64,000 nucleotides of DNA from an uncultured Nitrososphaeraceae archaeon (GCA_963825865.1 CAWGVG010000006.1:25001-89000), one strand, 5' to 3'. Counted from the first letter of the stretch, positions 1 through 12,129 are shown. Program-made: numbers and translations. The notes: generated from the sequence alone by a model not told the origin.

Positions 1-243
1 CAGTTTTCTAGGGTTATTGGTATAGCAATAGATTCTTCAGGCAACATATATGCAGCTGACAATAGTAACAATCGGGTACAAAAGTTTGACAGCAATGGAA
101 ACTTCGTTACCAAGTGGTCTGTAAATAGCCCCGCTGGTGTTGCAGTAGACTCTGCTGGCAAGGTCTATGTAGTAGATCAAAACGATGGCAGCATACAGGT
201 TTATAGCGTGGCATCATCGTCGCCGCCAAATGTTCCTAAATGA
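1..243 (+). CDS. NHL-repeat beta-propeller protein, 3' end (partial)
   Basis: Frame 1 reads GIAIDSSGNIYAADNSNNRVQKFDSNGNF...PAGVAVDSAGKVYVVD, two NHL repeats; TGA at 241-243. Confidence 0.85.
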   Translation, partial: QFSRVIGIAIDSSGNIYAADNSNNRVQKFDSNGNFVTKWSVNSPAGVAVDSAGKVYVVDQNDGSIQVYSVASSSPPNVPK

Positions 244-726
244 CATAACAAATTACAAGATCGGAGGTAAATTAGTTCCATTCGTATCAGTAACTGTTTT
301 TTGGTTATTGACGGATCTTTACAACAAAATCTGTGGGGTTGTTATTTAAAATTTTTTAAATTGTTCTATAGTTTACCAAATTATAACCAATTTTAAGAAC
401 AGATATCGTTTCAACTCCATTGGGCCATTGTGATATCATTGCTTTTTAATGGGTTTCATAAACAATATGATGAAAAATAAAAGAATGTGACTTGTCTTAA
501 TAAGAGGTAAAAGAGTTACTCCAATGATCTTGTTAGTTATTTTTCTGAAGTATTATGGGGTTATCATTTCTATACCGTTACAATCGTATTACCAATAAAC
601 AATAACGTATGAATACAGAAAAACAATTAGTTTGATATTTGTGATATAATAAGATAAAACAAATAATAAACTTCCCTTATATTGATAAAATTAAAAAGAT
701 TATTAATTAAGGCTTGATTTTATTTG

Positions 727-993
727 CTACTTTGATATATTTCCGCTGCCAGATGTCATATTACTGCCATGTGATGTCGTACTGCCAGTAGCAGATGATG
801 ATGATGTTGGCATATTAGGACCAAAAGTAGAGGTAAGGTTTGGTGATGTTTTACCCGTAGTAGGAGGGTTTAGATCCTGAGCTGAAGCAAAATCTAATGT
901 CGTTGTTACTGTTATTGCTATTATAAGAACTGCTGCTAGAATAGCTATGGTTATTGCTATTGCGGTTGTTAATACTTGCTCTTTTTTATGCAT
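727..993 (-). CDS. Small secreted/membrane-anchored Ser/Thr-rich protein
   Basis: Hydrophobic N-terminus ending FASAQ, then low-complexity S/T tail. Confidence 0.6.
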   Translation of the reverse strand: MHKKEQVLTTAIAITIAILAAVLIIAITVTTTLDFASAQDLNPPTTGKTSPNLTSTFGPNMPTSSSSATGSTTSHGSNMTSGSGNISK

Positions 994-1269
994 GTAAAGA
1001 CTTTCAATTGTCTTATTTATAAGACGTTCGAATTTTATATTGGAGTAATAAAGAAAATAGTAGTAGTCATGCCAGAGGGAAAAGGAAAAAAGAATTCAAG
1101 ATAATTTAGAAATCTCATCAGAGCTACTTTAAATGCATCATTGTGAAGGTGAATTGAGAGATAAACCATAATATTCAATCTTTCAATTAACATCAGAACC
1201 ATCAGAAATAATAATAGTTGATGAGTTTGTAATTTTTCTGACGAGATTTACGATATTTTTCACCAATTT

Positions 1270-2241
1270 TTAATTATAGTGGATTTTGATAAATGGATCA
1301 ATAGGTACTTTCATATCTCCAAAACTATCTGGGTCAATTATCTTTGCTAATATTTCTAACCCTGTTATTGTTCTAGGTCCAGGTTTGCTAAAATATGCTC
1401 CTGCATTAACTGCATAAACTTCGTTACCTTGAACAGCACGCAGTGATTTCCATCTATCGTTTATTTCTAATGTCTTTGCTTCTGTCAATGTTTTATCTGT
1501 GTCAAAACCACAAGGCATCAAGATTATTTTATCTGGATTGTATTTTATAATCTCATCAATATACATGCGACGTGACAGCTGTCCGCGAGAACTTAGACCG
1601 TTAATTCCTCCTGCAATTTCTATCATTTGTGGAATCCAATGTCCAGCAGTAAAGAAAGGGTTAATCCACTCAATACAAAGTACTTTTGGTTGTTTATTAT
1701 TATTATTATTATTATTGACAATGCTACTACAGCTTCTTCTTTGTCCTGCTCTCATCCTTATGTTGTCAATACGGCTTTGCAAAGATACTACTAACTTACG
1801 GCCTTCTTGTATTCTATCAACCCTTTCTGCTATATCCATTATACTTACCAAAATATCATCTAAATCATGCGGGTCGAGTACAAGTATGTCTGGTTTGTAA
1901 CCTAATACAGAAGTAGCGCGGTTTATCTCCTTTGTAAATGGAGCACATACTTCGCATACGCCTTGAGCAATAATAATATCTGGCTTTGCTTCTTTTAACC
2001 TTTGATCGTCTATTACATATATATCCATGCCAGATTGTATTAGTTCTACAATTTTCCCATCAATTTCTTTACTATTCATTTTATTCGCATCAAAGGAAGA
2101 ATTTATCACTCTTGGTTTTCTTCTAGCGTCATCAGGATACTTGCACTCATGTGTCACGCCTACTATTTGGGAGTCTGCACCAATTTCATAAAGTATTTCT
2201 GTAGAACTAGGTAAAAATGATACTATTCTTTCTGAAGGCAC
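1270..2241 (-). CDS. Cobalamin/iron-siderophore ABC substrate-binding protein (BtuF-like)
   Basis: RIVSFLPSSTEIL, VGVTHEC, CEVCA, EW.NP.FTAGHW, YFSKPGPR motifs. Confidence 0.9.
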   Translation of the reverse strand: MPSERIVSFLPSSTEILYEIGADSQIVGVTHECKYPDDARRKPRVINSSFDANKMNSKEIDGKIVELIQSGMDIYVIDDQRLKEAKPDIIIAQGVCEVCAPFTKEINRATSVLGYKPDILVLDPHDLDDILVSIMDIAERVDRIQEGRKLVVSLQSRIDNIRMRAGQRRSCSSIVNNNNNNNKQPKVLCIEWINPFFTAGHWIPQMIEIAGGINGLSSRGQLSRRMYIDEIIKYNPDKIILMPCGFDTDKTLTEAKTLEINDRWKSLRAVQGNEVYAVNAGAYFSKPGPRTITGLEILAKIIDPDSFGDMKVPIDPFIKIHYN

Positions 2242-2472
2242 GAATATAATATAGTAATAAGAGGCTATTTTAAAGATGGGTATTTAATTATTCTTCATTA
2301 TTCTATGTTCACATCTTTATAAGCTTGATGAGTAGGCTCAGTTATTGCAAGTTTGGCTATCTTTACAGCTATAGGACAAGGTAATATCCATTATGGACTT
2401 TACCTTTGGGAAAGGTGGATGTTTTCAATCATTTGTACTGAAACGAGTATTGGCATTTTCTAATGCTAGTTA

Positions 2473-2797
2473 TACTGCCTAACATAATTTGATACAACTG
2501 TCTAAAGATTTAGTTCAATATCAATTTAGCTTGAATATGTTATGAATATACTCCGTATTCACTTTGATGTCTGTTGCAGTTTTAAACGATGCTTATAGAA
2601 ATGAAAAGGATGCTAATATTCGAGAAAGGATTTTGCTGGTAAGACGTGTCAGAATGGATAAGAAAGAAGCAGCCAGTGTATCTGAGAAAGAATTTCATAG
2701 ATCTAGATGGTGGGCTTACAAATGGCTAAAGAGATTTGATAATACTGGTTTGGAAGGACTAAAGAATAAGCATAGGAGCGGTAGGCCTCCAGAAGTA
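2473..2797 (+). mobile_element. IS630-family element A, left part (interrupted)
   Basis: End TA|TACTGCCTAACATAAT is an imperfect inverted repeat of the end at 49372; orfA 2564 reads WAYKWLKRF..GLEGL...RSGRPPEV and is cut at a TA (2796-2797). Confidence 0.85.
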
Positions 2798-3958
2798 AGT
2801 GAAGTGTCTGAATTTATGTCGTTATTTGTTCATTACATAACCTAGATTTGGAAATAGTTAAAGCTTAGTAAATGAGATATTTTCATTCTGTGAATCATCC
2901 TTTCAAACTCAAACTTACCATAGGACAGAGGAACAAATTAAAGTCATTTATGAAGAATACGGGTAACAAAAAAGAATACCGCAGGCTACTGGCTATACTC
3001 CAAAAAGCTGAAGGTAGAACTTACGAAGACATAGCAAATGAACACGGAGTCAGCAGCAGGTCTGTACAGAGATGGGTTGCTGCCTATATCCAAAGTGGGA
3101 TAGATAGAATAAAGATGAAGAAACCTGGCGGAACAAAATCTGGCATAACAGATGAAAACAGAGAGATTATTCTATCAGCATTATTTAACGACCCGCACAT
3201 CTTTGGTTATCTTAGAAATACATGGAGTCTGAGATCACTTGCAAACTGTCTGACAAATGAGCTAGGAATCCCAATCAGTTTCAAGCACCTGCAGCGAATA
3301 ACAAAAGATTTAGGAGTTAGGTGCAAAAGGCCAAAACTGGAATTGCTACATGGAGGAAAGGATTATGAAGAGGGAAAAGAGAAAGTGCAAAACTACAAAC
3401 AGATAGCTTCAGCTCTGAAAAAAAGGGAGTTGTAGTAGCATTTGAAGATGAGACTATTATAACACAGAAACCTTGTATTCGAAAATCCATGAGTTTTGAA
3501 GGTGAGCAACAAAGGATAGAACATACTGGTAGTAGAAAGAAGTTCTCTGCATACATATCCATGGTATGGCCTGAAGAGAAATTAATGACGTATGATTTCT
3601 ATGATAAAATGGATTCTACGAATACTATCGACCATCTAGAGAATCTCAAGACAAACATTATGAAAAATGATTGGTGGAAAAGACTGGTACTCATATGGGA
3701 TAACGCTTCATATCATGTAAGCCTAATGGTACGGAATTATATCAATGCACAGAAAGAAGACTGGCTGACCATAATCCACCTTCCAAAGAAAGCACCATAC
3801 CTAAATCCGAATGAAAGGAAAGTAAACCAGCAAATAAAGTCAGATGTATGTGCGAATAGATTCTATGAACATATGGAAGACCAGAAAGCTGCAGTATCAG
3901 AATATTTGGACAAACGATTTGGAAGATGGTATGACGACATTAGTTATGACACTTGACT
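2798..3958 (+). mobile_element. IS630-family element B, copy 1
   Basis: TIRs AGTGAAGTGTC / GACACTTGACT flanked by TA; orfA 2872-3435 (HTH) and orfB to 3956 (FEDET, WDNASYH, LNPNE) joined by an A7GGG slippery site near 3418. Confidence 0.95.
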
Positions 3959-3960
3959 TA

Positions 3961-4715
3961 GCACCATTTGCTGATGAGAAGGGAATTGCTTTACTTTATA
4001 CAAGAGGCTTTCTGACAGATTACGTATCAGTTCTGTCTGAAAAGTCAGCTAAAGAAGGATGCAATATTGCTATCTTAACTGACTTTGATGACTCTGGCTT
4101 GGCCATTGCAAGGGAAGCGCCAGACGCCTATAGAATAGGTATAGATTTTGAAACGCTAGAAGATTTGGGGTTGGATATTGAAGATGTAGAGGAAGAATAC
4201 AATCCAGGAAACCACTTAAAGACACTGCAGCTTGCGGCAAACATGCAAGCGTATATTCAAAAGAAATTGTAAAATATGTTGAATACAAGCGTGTAGAGAT
4301 TAACAGCGTCGTAGAGGCACTGAACGATAATTCTAGATTCTGGAAATGGATTATCAAGAAGTTAAGGGATCATTTTACTAGCCGAGATTACAACCGTGCC
4401 GTTGATATTCCAGAGTATGTGATGCCTGAATGTCTCGAATCTTTTAATGAGAAAGTAAAAGAAAAAGGAGTTGCAATATTAAAAGGGCGGCGTTTGAAAC
4501 TCCAGGACCGTCTCTCTGATATTGGCCCTGGATTTCTATTTGATCGAACTGATAAGGTATTATTGAAAAAAGGAGATGATGACGTTATGACAATCAGTAA
4601 ATACGAGCAAACGCTGGCTGATCAGTCACGACATATTATCGAATCCGATGAGACTATGAAACCAATCTTGGATAAAATTGAAGATTTGGATAACGAGTTG
4701 ATAAAAAATGACTAA
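3961..4715 (+). pseudogene. C-terminal part (Toprim DxD + tail) of Topo VI-A/Topo VIII-like topoisomerase; continues the gene cut at 47414
   Basis: APFADEKGIAL...ILTDFDDSG...; frameshift near 4230-4260, then KRVEINSV...FWKWII..L...F..RDYNR, matching paralog 25342-26409 (TDYDASG, RVEIDAV, RNYNR). Confidence 0.85.
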
Positions 4716-5007
4716 TGATATAACAAATGCAGCAGGATTAGGAAATTGTGAGACGCCTAATTGTGGCAATCCTCTAAAACCATCTTACTATCTTATTTAT
4801 CCTCTTACTAAATATGTTGGAGAATACATTATAGCTAAATGCAGAACGCTAGAAGACGAAACAAAAAATGAGCCAAAAATTGCCGAGTTAGTTAAAGTCA
4901 AAGTGCGTACAGCATTAGATCCAGAACATATTCTTGTTGATAGGAGCAGTGGCGCGGAGGTAACGATAGAGCAGTATGCTGAGGATAGCGCAAGAATTGG
5001 GTGTTAA
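4708..5007 (+). CDS. Hypothetical protein with N-terminal Cys motif
   Basis: ORF overlapping the topoisomerase stop; CETPNC. Confidence 0.55.
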   Translation: MTNDITNAAGLGNCETPNCGNPLKPSYYLIYPLTKYVGEYIIAKCRTLEDETKNEPKIAELVKVKVRTALDPEHILVDRSSGAEVTIEQYAEDSARIGC

Positions 5008-5011
5008 GAAT

Positions 5012-5038
5012 TGCAATAAATTTATCAGTCTGTGAGTA
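5012..5038 (+). promoter_or_regulatory. 27-bp conserved upstream motif, copy 1
   Basis: TGCAATAAATTTATCAGTCTGTGAGTA; near-identical copies at 19416-19442 and 21937-21963 (minus strand), each about 28 nt before an ATG. Confidence 0.6.
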
Positions 5039-5065
5039 AATATACGTAATGTCTGTAATATCTAA

Positions 5066-5534
5066 ATGGGCGCAAATAATAACAAGTTAGTAATCCAAGA
5101 TCGAAGGCAAAAGATATGGACTCTTTTAACTAGAGGAATGAAAGGTTATGAAATTGCCAGAGTTAAACACTACACCAGCGACTATAAGCCGAGATATTCA
5201 GTATTTAACATCACAGTCTCAGAATTTTTTAAATGATCTGGCTAAAGAAACGCTTCCTTTCATGTATAAGAGTTGTATTGACGGCATAAGAGAAGTGTTA
5301 AAGGAGTGTTGGAATATTTATGAGTCTACCGACGACGAGCAGCAGCAAGTAAGCTATTTCCAAAGATTAGCGGCGCTCAAATTGGCCAAAGAATGTAATG
5401 AAGCACAGTTCAAATTATTGTCAGAAGGTCCGTCGATTATGTATGTGCAGAATTTGGAAGAGAAACTGATACAGATTGAAGAGATACAACAGCAACGGCA
5501 ACAACCACCGCAGGTAAACCAAATATCTCGATAG
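5066..5534 (+). pseudogene. HTH-domain protein (possibly TerS-like), frameshift near 5158
   Basis: MGANNNKLVIQDRRQKIWTLLTRGMKGYEIA/ELNTTPATISRDIQYL; 2-nt deletion relative to the copy at 20392-21909. Confidence 0.75.
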
Positions 5535-5555
5535 GTAGTATAGTATTATTCTACC

Positions 5556-6143
5556 TTGAAGACAGATACTTACGTTAAAAATATGGTAAAAAGACTTGAC
5601 AACCTTCTACGTGGATTCTCACCTTCTAGTTCAAAGTGGGACATTGCTGGCGCTGATGGTGTAGGTGGTAGTAAAACAACAATTTCTCAACAAGAATTAG
5701 AAGAGTTAGACGATATTGAAACACAGCGAAACGGTGAACCTCATAGGTTTTCCGATTACAGGGCCGCCAGGGCAAAGAAAACAGCCCCAGCAGTTGGCCT
5801 AACCTATGAAGACGTTTACGACACTATAACCCAGGAAGAGTTAGACTGGGAGTTGAGGCGGCAGCTTAAGGTAGCACCAGAACAAAGATACAAGCATGAA
5901 AAATATCACTGGTATACGCACCCTTCAAGCTGGAATATGAGGGTGCCCCATAATAGGTATGATGGTAAAGGATGCACAGGTCAAGCTTGTATCCCAGAGT
6001 GCAGATATTATCCTGAGACTGGTAGGATAGAAGATTCAGAAGTTGTACAAAAGCATAGAGAACGTGAGAAACGTTATAGAGATAATAACGGTATAGTAAA
6101 GCCGCCTCACCCAATTGTGTATTATCTAGAAGGCAATTATTAG
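5556..6143 (+). CDS. Element-associated hypothetical protein
   Basis: 195-aa ORF; N-terminus MKTD...KRLDNLL.G.SPS.SKWD shared with 19836-20388. Confidence 0.65.
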   Translation: MKTDTYVKNMVKRLDNLLRGFSPSSSKWDIAGADGVGGSKTTISQQELEELDDIETQRNGEPHRFSDYRAARAKKTAPAVGLTYEDVYDTITQEELDWELRRQLKVAPEQRYKHEKYHWYTHPSSWNMRVPHNRYDGKGCTGQACIPECRYYPETGRIEDSEVVQKHREREKRYRDNNGIVKPPHPIVYYLEGNY

Positions 6144-6449
6144 TTAGTTGCGATGAGTTAGTTGGTTGCGGTGGTAGCTGTAGTAGCTGTAGCAAAATTA
6201 GTAGACGGCGATGATGTAGTTTTATTCACTCTGATTTATAGAGGAGGAATCAGATTCCAAATTTAGCTGTTTCCTATTTAGCATAGTAGTAGTAAGTATT
6301 TTGTGTTACCATCTAGTAGTAGTATTAATAATATGATAGATCATTTAGCCATGTTGTCCAAATCAATCTCATCATCTCAATTACTACAACTGCTGCTGTT
6401 GCATTAGCCGAAAGGTTGTAAAGACTTATGATGATGACTGACTAGCTAA

Positions 6450-6692
6450 CTAATGCCTTGCGATTGTTCCATCCAATAGCTTGGCACTGAAGCAATACCC
6501 CCTCGGTCTAGTCCTCAACTTTGAGTTACAGCAAGGGCATAATACCCCCTCAAATTTTATGAATAGATCGCATATCTGGCAGCGCTTTTGGCCTATGGAA
6601 TATCGTCCACCACCATTATTAGCATTACCTCCTTTTTTCTTTATGTAAGGCTTGAGAGCTTGATACCTTGAGCAGATCCCTTTACATGCCAT
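6450..6692 (-). CDS. Cys-rich zinc-finger protein (thaumarchaeal type)
   Basis: MACKGIC.RY...GQKRCQICD......CPCC...LRTRP. Confidence 0.75.
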   Translation of the reverse strand: MACKGICSRYQALKPYIKKKGGNANNGGGRYSIGQKRCQICDLFIKFEGVLCPCCNSKLRTRPRGYCFSAKLLDGTIARH

Positions 6693-6999
6693 TTATGTTA
6701 TCGTTATATCCTACCTACCTTGAATACTTACTTTTAATCTTTGAGCTACTAGGCAGATTATTATCACCATCACTAAGTTTTTTATAGGCATGTCAATAAT
6801 TTGTAAATATCAGCAGTAAAGCGTTCATGGTTATGTCATTCAACAAAACGGTCTGTTGAACATATGACCTCTTTCTTTTAAAATATCGTCATTACATCGA
6901 TACGGAATAACTCACTCTGATTAAAAAAGTTAATGACAATATTTTAAGATATTAACCATAGGCGTTATAAAGCGAAGATTTACAACCATTCTATTATAC

Positions 7000-7536
7000 A
7001 TGAACAATACTAGTAGTAGAGCAACGCTAACAAGCATAACTATACTAGCTACAATACTAATTCTATCTCCAACATCTTTTAGTTATGGATTTAGAGCTGC
7101 AAACAAGGTTGCTAGTGGGTTTGGAACAGGCGCCCTTGTTTGTCCTAACGGTCTGACTTTCAATAATGAGCAAATCCAATTTGAGGTCAACAAGAGCAAA
7201 AAAGTGACAGAACAAGTAAAAAAAACGGTAGCATCTGATGATAATTGGAGTATTGGCGCACTAAATCCGCAACCATGTACAGCACATGCTAATTCCGCCT
7301 TCGGCTCTATTAATGGGGTTCATTTATCATCTAGCCTAAAAGATACCTCAATTAAAGGTTCAGAGAATCAAGACAACATTTGTCAAAGTGAAAACAGAAT
7401 CGGTAACGCTGTTAAAATTAATTATATCAGCATAACAGGACAATGTAATACAAAAGACACAATAATATCATTTACTTCTCTTGATGGCAAGAAGGGTAGT
7501 TTTAAGGGTACGATAATATGTAATTTGATAAGATAA
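7000..7536 (+). CDS. Secreted hypothetical protein
   Basis: Signal-like N-terminus, 178 aa, several Cys. Confidence 0.65.
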   Translation: MNNTSSRATLTSITILATILILSPTSFSYGFRAANKVASGFGTGALVCPNGLTFNNEQIQFEVNKSKKVTEQVKKTVASDDNWSIGALNPQPCTAHANSAFGSINGVHLSSSLKDTSIKGSENQDNICQSENRIGNAVKINYISITGQCNTKDTIISFTSLDGKKGSFKGTIICNLIR

Positions 7537-7740
7537 GATTGACGTGTTAATAAGTTCATATCATTACTTAACCTTCTCATAAAATTCAACTTGCTGTTAA
7601 TGCTTCTCGCCTATAATTCAAGATACCTTTGAGCATCTTCCTTTGTTAAGAATTTGTTAGCTGGACCCAAGAATGACCAGCTTTCTTCATCGTATTGCTG
7701 CACTATCATCATCGTATAGAGCAGGTTTTGGTGATAATGA

Positions 7741-8067
7741 TTATGGCGTCGTCGTTGGTCCTACTGGTGCCATAGGAGATTTTGGAACACCACAGACTTT
7801 TGATTCAGTTGTATTGATAAATTTGTCAGTAGGATCACACATTGGATTTTGTCCTGGTGATATAGTATTACTAGTAGTAGTAGAAGGCGAAGTAGGTAAT
7901 GGCAATGACGGAAGAGCAGAAGAAGGTGTTTGTTCCTCCTCTTGAGCCTGGGCCATATTAATAATCTCAATTCCTAATACTGCACTAGAAGCTACTACTA
8001 CTACAACAATAGCAAACAATGATAATACCATTCCTATAGATCTAATTATTGCATTCATAGTTTCCAT
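7741..8067 (-). CDS. Secreted Pro/Thr-rich protein
   Basis: Signal peptide; CDPTDKFINTTESKVCGVPK motif. Confidence 0.6.
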   Translation of the reverse strand: METMNAIIRSIGMVLSLFAIVVVVVASSAVLGIEIINMAQAQEEEQTPSSALPSLPLPTSPSTTTSNTISPGQNPMCDPTDKFINTTESKVCGVPKSPMAPVGPTTTP

Positions 8068-8576
8068 CTACTACCATGATGATGATGATGTATATGATAC
8101 TTGTAATAATATTATGATTGCCAGCTCTTATTGCTGCCTTTGATAATTATTTTTTAGTATCGTTTCTCTTATAAAGTTACAGACAGAAAATGCATGACTA
8201 ACCATGCAAATTATTTCCACCATCACCTGCTGTAAACCGCAGGATCGGAATGAGGTTGAGACATCGCAGGAAACTAAAGTAGAGAAGAGCATATGCTCCA
8301 TATAACGCATCAGATAGCATGTGAAAAGTATTCAAAGATATTGTGTTTCTGTTATGACTTAATGCCCTTACTGAAGGTACTCCATTAATGATTTAGCAAG
8401 CGAGAGTGCTAGAACGGAACAGTCAGATGTACAAAAGAAGTCTCTACACAAGGAAAGGTTAGTAGCGTATAGACGTATGGTAGAGAATTCAGCCCCAAAT
8501 GAAAGATCAAGTCAAAAGCAATTGAAGCTTTAAAAAGGTGGTGCATATTATAATTTCCTCTTGAATATTTAATAAC

Positions 8577-9047
8577 GTGAGCAGCTGTCTAGTATTCGTT
8601 ATGTCTTTTACTAATAACAAGTCAATTGCAGAGCAATTCGTTGAGGAAGTATTAAACAAAGGAAATCTTGATAAAATAAAGAATTTAATTACTCCCGATA
8701 TCGTTTGGCACGGACAGTATAAAGAGGTTAAAGGTTTGAAGAGTTTTAAGAAATGGATCTCACTGGAGCGTAGCATCTTTCCTGATATGCAGTTTAACAT
8801 AGTAGATAATTTTGCAGAGCATGATAAGGTTGCTATTAGATGGGTATTGCAAGCTACGCATAAAAAGAAACCAAGTACCCATCAGAAATTTCAAACTATG
8901 GGCATCAGCATATTTCACTTTGAAGATGACAAAATCAAAGAAGCCTGGATTGTCTTTGATGCTCTGAACCCTGCACTACAGCTTAGAGTTGTTGATGTAG
9001 TGCCCTCAGGTTCCTATCTGATCAAAAGTTTTTCAAACAGGATATGA
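8577..9047 (+). CDS. SnoaL-like ester cyclase (NTF2 fold)
   Basis: NKSIAEQFVEEVLNKG, FPDMQF, DKVAIRW, IFHFEDDKIKEAW. Confidence 0.85.
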   Translation: MSSCLVFVMSFTNNKSIAEQFVEEVLNKGNLDKIKNLITPDIVWHGQYKEVKGLKSFKKWISLERSIFPDMQFNIVDNFAEHDKVAIRWVLQATHKKKPSTHQKFQTMGISIFHFEDDKIKEAWIVFDALNPALQLRVVDVVPSGSYLIKSFSNRI

Positions 9048-9531
9048 TCGTCATATGAATATGAATATGGATTAGTGTACGTTCCAGCACATCTTCTCTA
9101 TCTTCCCAAAGTTTAATATATATTATAATGAATAGAACAGTAATCAAATCAAACCCTTTAGATACTTGCAAGGGATATTTATAGCACAAGACAGGACTTT
9201 CAATTTAAGGTCTACATGACATTCCTCTTTATTCGATCTGAATGAATTTGGATTACATTTCTCTTCGATATTTTATTTTATGATTCCCATACCCGTAATT
9301 TTTTGCTACTTCGTCTACCTTGATTATATGTAGCAATTTGCTCAATATTACCGCTTTTTTTTCCTCCTTTTCTTCATTTCCCTTGCTTTTCTTCTTTCCT
9401 TTCTTCTTTGCCAAGCTACAGCAGCGACTACTATTCCCATGACTAAAGCCATAATTCCCTTATCCTTATTCATAAGACCTTTTAAAATATATTAGGAGTT
9501 CTTGGGATAGAGATAAGTTTGGGGATTAAGT

Positions 9532-9689
9532 TGGTTCACTGTTAATGTGGGAAAAGAAAAGCATGGAAAAGAGACAAAATTTGATATTGCAGAATACCTT
9601 GAGGAGGAAGAAATTCAGAAATTAATAGAAAGGCAGCACCTACATTACAGAAAAAAGCTTTTCTTGCATGTATGTATGAAAGTGGAGCA
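9532..9689 (+). pseudogene. Tyrosine integrase fragment
   Basis: WFTVNVGKEKHGKETKFDIAEYLEEEEIQKLIE/AAPTLQKKAFLACMYESGA aligns with integrase 41313 (WFSSKLGKEKTGKE..DMAEYLEENEIQ..QKKAFLACMYESGAR). Confidence 0.85.
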
Positions 9690-9942
9690 GGGGTAAAGAC
9701 AAATTTTTTCAGCCATGAATCATTTGGTCATCGTATTCCAAATTACACGAGATTTATGCTCGAGCCAAAAAGTGTGTCAAAAGCCATTCTTGCTGCCTGC
9801 AAACTCTCCTCGACTTGAAATAATGATTCCATTTTACATAAGAGTCGGAGTATGGTTTAAGCATACAATACCATACCTAGTCAATCCAATAGTTGGTTAT
9901 GTTTTTAATAGGCAATTAAAAAATAAGTGTTATTCACCAGTC
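9690..9942 (+). pseudogene. Probable SDR oxidoreductase C-terminal fragment
   Basis: GVKTNFFSHESF...MLEPKSVSKAILAA/ANSPRLEIMIPF. Confidence 0.5.
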
Positions 9943-9944
9943 TA

Positions 9945-11097
9945 AGTGAAGTGTCAGGATATATGTCATAATATGTTTATTCCATGGTTTAAATTCTTAG
10001 ATGGATAAAGCTTAACAGATGTAGGATATTTTCATTATGTGAGGTCTGCTTCTAAACTAAATCTAAGCCGCGCACAGAAAATAGGTTTAGAATCACTTAT
10101 GAATAACACAACTAGCAAAAGTGAGTATCGCAGAGTACTGGCTATACTTCAAAAGAGTGAAGGTAGAGGTTATGAAGACATAGGACATGAACATGCAGTC
10201 AACATTAGATCTGTACAAAGATGGGTTGCTGCGTTTATTCATGGTGGGATAGAAGAAGTAAAGATAAAGAAGACACCGAGAGGATCGAAATCACGCGTAA
10301 CAGATGAAAACAAAGAGATCATTCTTTCAGTGTTATTTAATGATCCACATATCTTTGGTTACCTTAGAAATACATGGAGTCTAAGGTCGCTTGCAAGATG
10401 TCTTACAGATGAGCTTGATATTTCAATCAGTTTCAAGCACCTACAGAGAATAACCAAGGATATGGGGATTAGATGCAAAAGGCCAAAATTGGAACTGTTA
10501 CATGGGCCGGATTATGAAGAGGGAAAAGAGAAAGTGAAAAACTACAAGCACGTAGCATCAGCTCTTAAAAAAAGGAGTGATGTTAGTATTTGAAGATGAA
10601 ACAACAATAACACAGAAACCTTGTATACGCAAATCGATGAGTTTTGAAGGTGAACAGCAAAAAATAGAACATAATGGTAGCAGGAAAAAGTTCTCTGCAT
10701 ACATATCCATGCTATGGCCAGATAAGAAGTTGATGTATGACTTTTACGATGTTATGAACTCCGATAATACCATAGACCATCTGGAGAATCTCAGGAAATA
10801 TGTCATGAAGATCAGATGGAAAAGACTGATACTCATATGGGATAATGCTTCTTTCCATGTAAGCCGAATTGTGCATGACTATATCAAAATACAGAAGGAT
10901 CGGCTAACCATAATTTATCTTCCAAAGAAGGCTCCATACCTAAATCCAAATGAAAGAAAGGTGAACCAGCAGATAAAGTCATATGTGTGTGCAAATAGGT
11001 TTTATGAAAATATAGAAAACCAGAAAGCTGCAGTGTCGGAATATCTCGATAAAAGATTTGGAAGATGGAATAATGACATTTAATGTGACACTTGACT
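9945..11097 (+). mobile_element. IS630-family element C (diverged relative of B)
   Basis: Same TIRs AGTGAAGTGTC/GACACTTGACT; TA duplicated within a CTAG target; orfs 10039-10593 and 10577-11083 with an A7GG slippery site. Confidence 0.95.
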
Positions 11098-11264
11098 TAG
11101 TTGCTGCTATTGTATTATCTGCAAAGCTACTAACTACTCTACAACTATGTTATTAACTCCCACCCGTATTACCTTTCTTTGCATATGCTGACTGTTGGTG
11201 TAGCATTGGAGTTGTGTTAATTGTTGTTACAAGCTTCACCAATATTGATCATCTGATTCATGTT

Positions 11265-11567
11265 TCACAGTGTGGTACGGCTACTTGCATTATGGTTTTG
11301 AACCTTTCTGATGTTTAACAGATAATTTAGCATATCATCTAGAGTAGCATTAGGATAAATTGAAGATATTCTAAATTCCCAACCTCCCAAAGCAACAAAA
11401 TCATCGCTAACCTTCTGCGGGGTGTACTCGTTTTCGTCCAGCAATATATCAGGTTTTTCTAATAGTTCCAATAGATGATTACATTTCCAAATTACTTTTC
11501 CGCTAATGCTAGCTTGGCACCTACTGTCTATTACAATAAAAAGAGAGAAATATGTTATATATGGCAT
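11265..11567 (-). CDS. Hypothetical protein
   Basis: 100-aa ORF only. Confidence 0.4.
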   Translation of the reverse strand: MPYITYFSLFIVIDSRCQASISGKVIWKCNHLLELLEKPDILLDENEYTPQKVSDDFVALGGWEFRISSIYPNATLDDMLNYLLNIRKVQNHNASSRTTL

Positions 11568-11776
11568 TATATGCTACAAGCCGTCTCTATTCATTGATTC
11601 TATTATCTTAGATCATACAGCACCTTATTTTTCAGCTTCAAAGTATCAAACTTTAGCGGTCTATATCAGTTCTTCACGGAGTTCCTCAAAGCATACCTTA
11701 CCATATTGCTGCCCCGACCTCCTCATTCGGGGGAGCCATTGACACCATTTTATAAAAGCTGCTGATTCAGAACTTT

Positions 11777-12043
11777 CTACTTCATAGTTGCCTTGGAGAG
11801 TTGGTTCAAGAAACACCAAAAAAAGAGATTTGATGTATGAGTAAAGGAAAAAGAGTCCTTCAAGAATCTTTTGATATGTGACTTTATTTTCTGCTGCATT
11901 TCTGGAGTCATTATCTCTTCTGCTTTATAGTGATGGTCCTGTACTGCATGTTGTTCTGCATTTTTCATAATTTCTTCTTCTGTTTCATCTTTGCATACAT
12001 AGTCACAATCCATTCCTACCTCTCTACATGATACTGTTAACAT
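11777..12043 (-). CDS. DUF1059 family small metal-binding protein
   Basis: MLTVSCREVGMDCDYVC..ETEEEIM...EQHA...H; C-terminal read-through is likely. Confidence 0.85.
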   Translation of the reverse strand: MLTVSCREVGMDCDYVCKDETEEEIMKNAEQHAVQDHHYKAEEIMTPEMQQKIKSHIKRFLKDSFSFTHTSNLFFWCFLNQLSKATMK

Positions 12044-12129
12044 TATTTTTATTAGCTGAGAGTAGACTAAAAGGTTTTTTATCTTTCAAAAAAAGAACCT
12101 TTCTTTAAATTTGCATCATTAGTAGTGCA

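Noticed and set aside
3844-4272. ORFs 3844-4272 and 48462-48812 as real genes sharing an N-terminus (also the SEVSEFMSLF tails of 2564 and 45882)
   Set aside because: The shared parts are read-through into or out of IS630-B sequence.
6342-6363. Fourth copy of the GGACA-N3-TGTCC palindrome (TTTAGCCATGTTGTCCAAA)
   Set aside because: Too degenerate to separate from chance.
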